From Lepidodermella squamata (lineage: Eukaryota > Animalia > Gastrotricha), in NCBI GenBank assembly GCA_047495785.1, contig JBLDXI010000012.1:1054001-1118000 (forward strand): a DNA stretch of 64,000 nt, written 5' to 3'. Below are positions 60,865 to 64,000 of the stretch, in pieces (the stretch's first letter is position 1; each line of letters starts with the position of its first letter). The notes under the pieces were generated by a model. The model saw nothing but the letters and a program-made list of their open reading frames with translations. It was not told the DNA's origin and did no database searches. The translations under genes and the position numbers were made by a program.

Positions 60865-62253
60865 ATGGCCTGCTCGTACACCTCGATCCCCTCGACCTTC
60901 GCCGCTGCTGCTGGCTACACCAGCCCGATGAACGTCGAGAGCCTGCTCCGCAACAAGGTCGACATCTACTCACCGTCGTCTGTTGAGCGCAGCCTCATCA
61001 ACGCCGCCGTCCCGACCCCGTTCGCGGCTGCCGCTGGCATCCACAACGTCAACGCCTTCGCCTCGTCCCCGATCGCCTACAACACCTTCGCCTCGCCGAT
61101 CGAGTGCGGAGCCGAGACCGGCCGCGTCTTCGGTGCCGAGTGCGGTGCCCAGCTGGCGGCCATCGTCGCCGCCCGCCTCAACACCTTCGTCGGCCAGGAG
61201 GTGGCCGTCCGCATCGGCGCCCAGTGGGGAGCCGAGATGTGCGCCAAGCTGGGTGCCGAGCTAGCCGTCAAGCTCGTCAACGGCTGGCCGGTCGAGCAGT
61301 GCGCCCGCTGGTGCTACACCTTCGGAGCCGAGCACGGCGCCGAACTGGGTGCCATCATCGCCCAGCGCCTGGGTGCCATCTACACCGCCGAGTTCGCCGC
61401 CCGCATCGGCGCCGAGCTCTTCGCCGACGTCTGCGCCAAGCAGTGCTACGTCATCGCCGCCCGCGTCGCCGAGTCGCGCTTCGGTGCTGCCTCCAACAAC
61501 TGGAACGCCGCCCGCCTCGCCAACAACTGGACCGGCTCGTTCCCGACCACCTTCGGCTCGTTCGGTGGCATCAACTACCCGACCACCTTCGGCTCGTTCG
61601 GTGGCATCAACTACCCGACCACCTTCGGCTCGTTCGAGCGCTTCGGTGGCATCAACTTCCCGAGCACCTGGGGTCGCCCTGAGCTCTTCGGCATGAACAA
61701 CACCTGCTACAACACCGCCCCCGTCCAGAACGACAAGCTGTACAACATTGCCTTCCGCCCGTCGAGCGAGCCCGAGCTTTTCTCGATGACCCACCCCATC
61801 CGCGTCATCGACAACGAGGGCAACCGCCAACTATTCCTCGCCTTCGAAATGAAGGGCTACAAGCCTGAGGAAGTCACCGTCACCCTGAACAAGGCTGAGC
61901 GCGCTGTTGTCGTCGAAGCTGCCCATGAAATCAAGGAGGGCAAGGAGCACCACGTCGCCCGCAAGTACTCGCGCAAGTTCGTCCTGCCCGAGGTAAGAAG
62001 GCTTTTTCACCCAATCTCAAAACTTTAATGATCCTTTTTTTACTAGACTCTTGCCAAGATCGACCTGACCAAGGTTGAGCTCAAGTCGTGCCTGACCCAG
62101 GAGGGCTACCTCGTCGTCGAGTGCCCGCTCCCGAAGATGACCACCGAGGAGATCGCCAAGATGCCGTTCACCGGCTACAACGCCTCGACTGGCATCCACG
62201 CTGTCAACTGCCAGCTGAACCACGTCAAGCCCGTCACCGTCAAGACTGCCTAA
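60865..62253 (+). CDS. Second small heat-shock protein paralogue with a long N-terminus, 444 aa; intron 61993-62046
   Basis: Alpha-crystallin domain nearly identical to 56728-58327, same intron position, same VKPVTVKTA tail; 36-bp repeat (PTTFGSFGGINY) about three times. Confidence 0.88.
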
Positions 62254-62574
62254 AAAACGAGAAACAACCCCGAGAAGCTGATGAGCATTAGTCGAACTCG
62301 ATTGTGAATGACATTTCTACTGTTGATCTATGTGATATTTGATTCTATGGTTGCTTCGCAACAATATTTCAAGAACATCGTTATCAGTAAAGCATGAACG
62401 ATTGAGCAATGCGCGAGACTTTTTTAGTCATAGCAGGTTTATATTAGGTTTCTTTTTTCAACGAGCTGGGTCGCTTTTGAGGCCAAAAGTTGAACGACAC
62501 CTGGTTGCACAGACACTTTTGAAAAAATTAATTTTATTGATAATTCTCATTTTTAGAACTTCTCAACATTTTGG

Positions 62575-64000
62575 TCAAACCTTAGAGCACTTCAAGCCGC
62601 GGTCAACAAAACACGGACTAGCAATAGGATACGGAGATGGGCAGAATCCATCATCGGATGGAGACGCGATTTCCTCCCGCTCCTGGAATCCTTTATCATA
62701 AACATTGCGGTTGAGCAGCCATGGTGGAGCTAATACAGAAGCAGGGTCGTACAGCGAATCTGTCCAGACATTCTCGAATGAATTGGCGTTAGAGAAAATT
62801 GGCGGAAAGCGATCAACGTCCTGCCTCGGATCGAAGAGCGTGTTTTCATAGATCAAAGTCGCAGATTTCTTCAAGTGACTGATAAACTGAGCCGATTCTT
62901 TATCAGCACAACTATCGCCATTATTCTCATCGATTGATGGGGAAAAATCACCCGAATTTGCTTGATCACATATTTCTATTTCACTTTTCGAGACCTTGAT
63001 AGTAAAAAAAAAATAGGAATATTTAAGTTGGAATATTCGCGCTTATAAACAAGTACGCGTTTTTTACTATTCGAACTTGGAAGAGATTCCAAAGCAAATA
63101 ATTGAATTTTTTTGCTCAAAATAGGGTGTGCCAAACAGCCCTAAATTTAGGGTTCCAGCTCTAAATTCGAGACTCCAGCACTAGATTTCCCTCATAAACA
63201 TGCTTTTTCGAGTTTCAAGTCTTCTTTGTTATCTCAATTATTTTGTTATCCTGCCTAACCAATAGATCTTCATATTACGCGTATTTTGCGGTCAGTTAAT
63301 GAGTTATACTTCAGCCTGCAGAGCCGATATCGATTCCATGTATCGATTTTACAAATCAGTGATTTTTCGTGGAACCCAACATCGCTAATTTTTCTACGTA
63401 ATTTAGGGCACCAGGTAGCTAGCATGTAAAATCCTAGGTTCAGGGAGGGCATCAGTATCGATCAAAAAACGAAAACGCCGAAATCTCAAAAAAACATGAA
63501 ACATTTAGAGACAGGACGCTTAAATTTAGTGCTGGAACCTCATTTTATGTGGTGCAAATATTTGGACCCCTTAAAATATTCTATTTCGAAGCTGAGTACA
63601 GTTCATACAGTTTCACCTGGTAGGAAAAAAGCGATTTCAGCGAATTTTATTGGGTGATGAAGTAATAGGAACCTTTCAGAAAGGTCAGGAAGCTCAAGAT
63701 TCAATTGAAATTATAAAATCAAGCAAAAATAATAGTTATTTTTTTATAGGGAATATGACGAGGCCAGATTATTTTTCCAACCCAGTGAAGTTGAGCCTTC
63801 CTCAGTTTCATGCGTGAAATATTTTGAGCGAAATTACCAATAATCCGAATAGTAAAAAATGCGTACTTCTTCAAGTACTCCGATAAAAATCAAGTGGAAT
63901 TTTCTTACACTTAATTTGGGATTTGAGGCCGTCTTCTCCTCTTGTTGAAGGGCGCCGATTTGTTGCATGAGCACAGCGACGACAATATTAATGAGGATGC
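62575..64000 (-). CDS. 3' part of a gene extending beyond the window; possibly a voltage-gated cation channel (S6-like segment)
   Basis: Exon 63909-64000 encodes ILINIVVAVLMQQ, resembling the Cav3 domain-IV S6 (LVNVVVAVLMKH), and ends at a GTAAG donor that is phase-compatible with the exon at 62575-62994. Confidence 0.4.

Overview
Eukaryotic, intron-containing DNA from a compact invertebrate animal genome (most introns about 50-60 bp). A Pax-beta-like paired box suggests a spiralian/lophotrochozoan, which is an inference. From left to right: (1) a damaged kinase-ankyrin gene split by a 10.5 kb Mutator/Foldback(NOF)-like DNA transposon (753-11229) with ~771 bp TIRs and a 9-bp TSD, encoding a DDE transposase, a 34x octapeptide repeat and a USP-like Cys/His-box protease domain; (2) four tRNA genes; (3) a Pax gene behind ~4 kb of CGCG-rich non-coding DNA; (4) RAE1, GINS4/SLD5 and DIS3; (5) a TPR/helical-repeat gene with an intronless class C GPCR nested antisense in one intron; (6) two tandem divergent 7TM genes; (7) U6 snRNA and tRNA-Glu; (8) two secreted Lys/Gly/Ser-rich proteins flanking an intact kinase-ankyrin paralogue; (9) an intronless tandem GRDP-like gene; (10) two very large small heat-shock proteins with glycine-zipper and GLFG/FG-rich N-terminal extensions; plus several MITEs and two perfect long palindromes. 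All family assignments come from motif recognition by eye; no searches were run.
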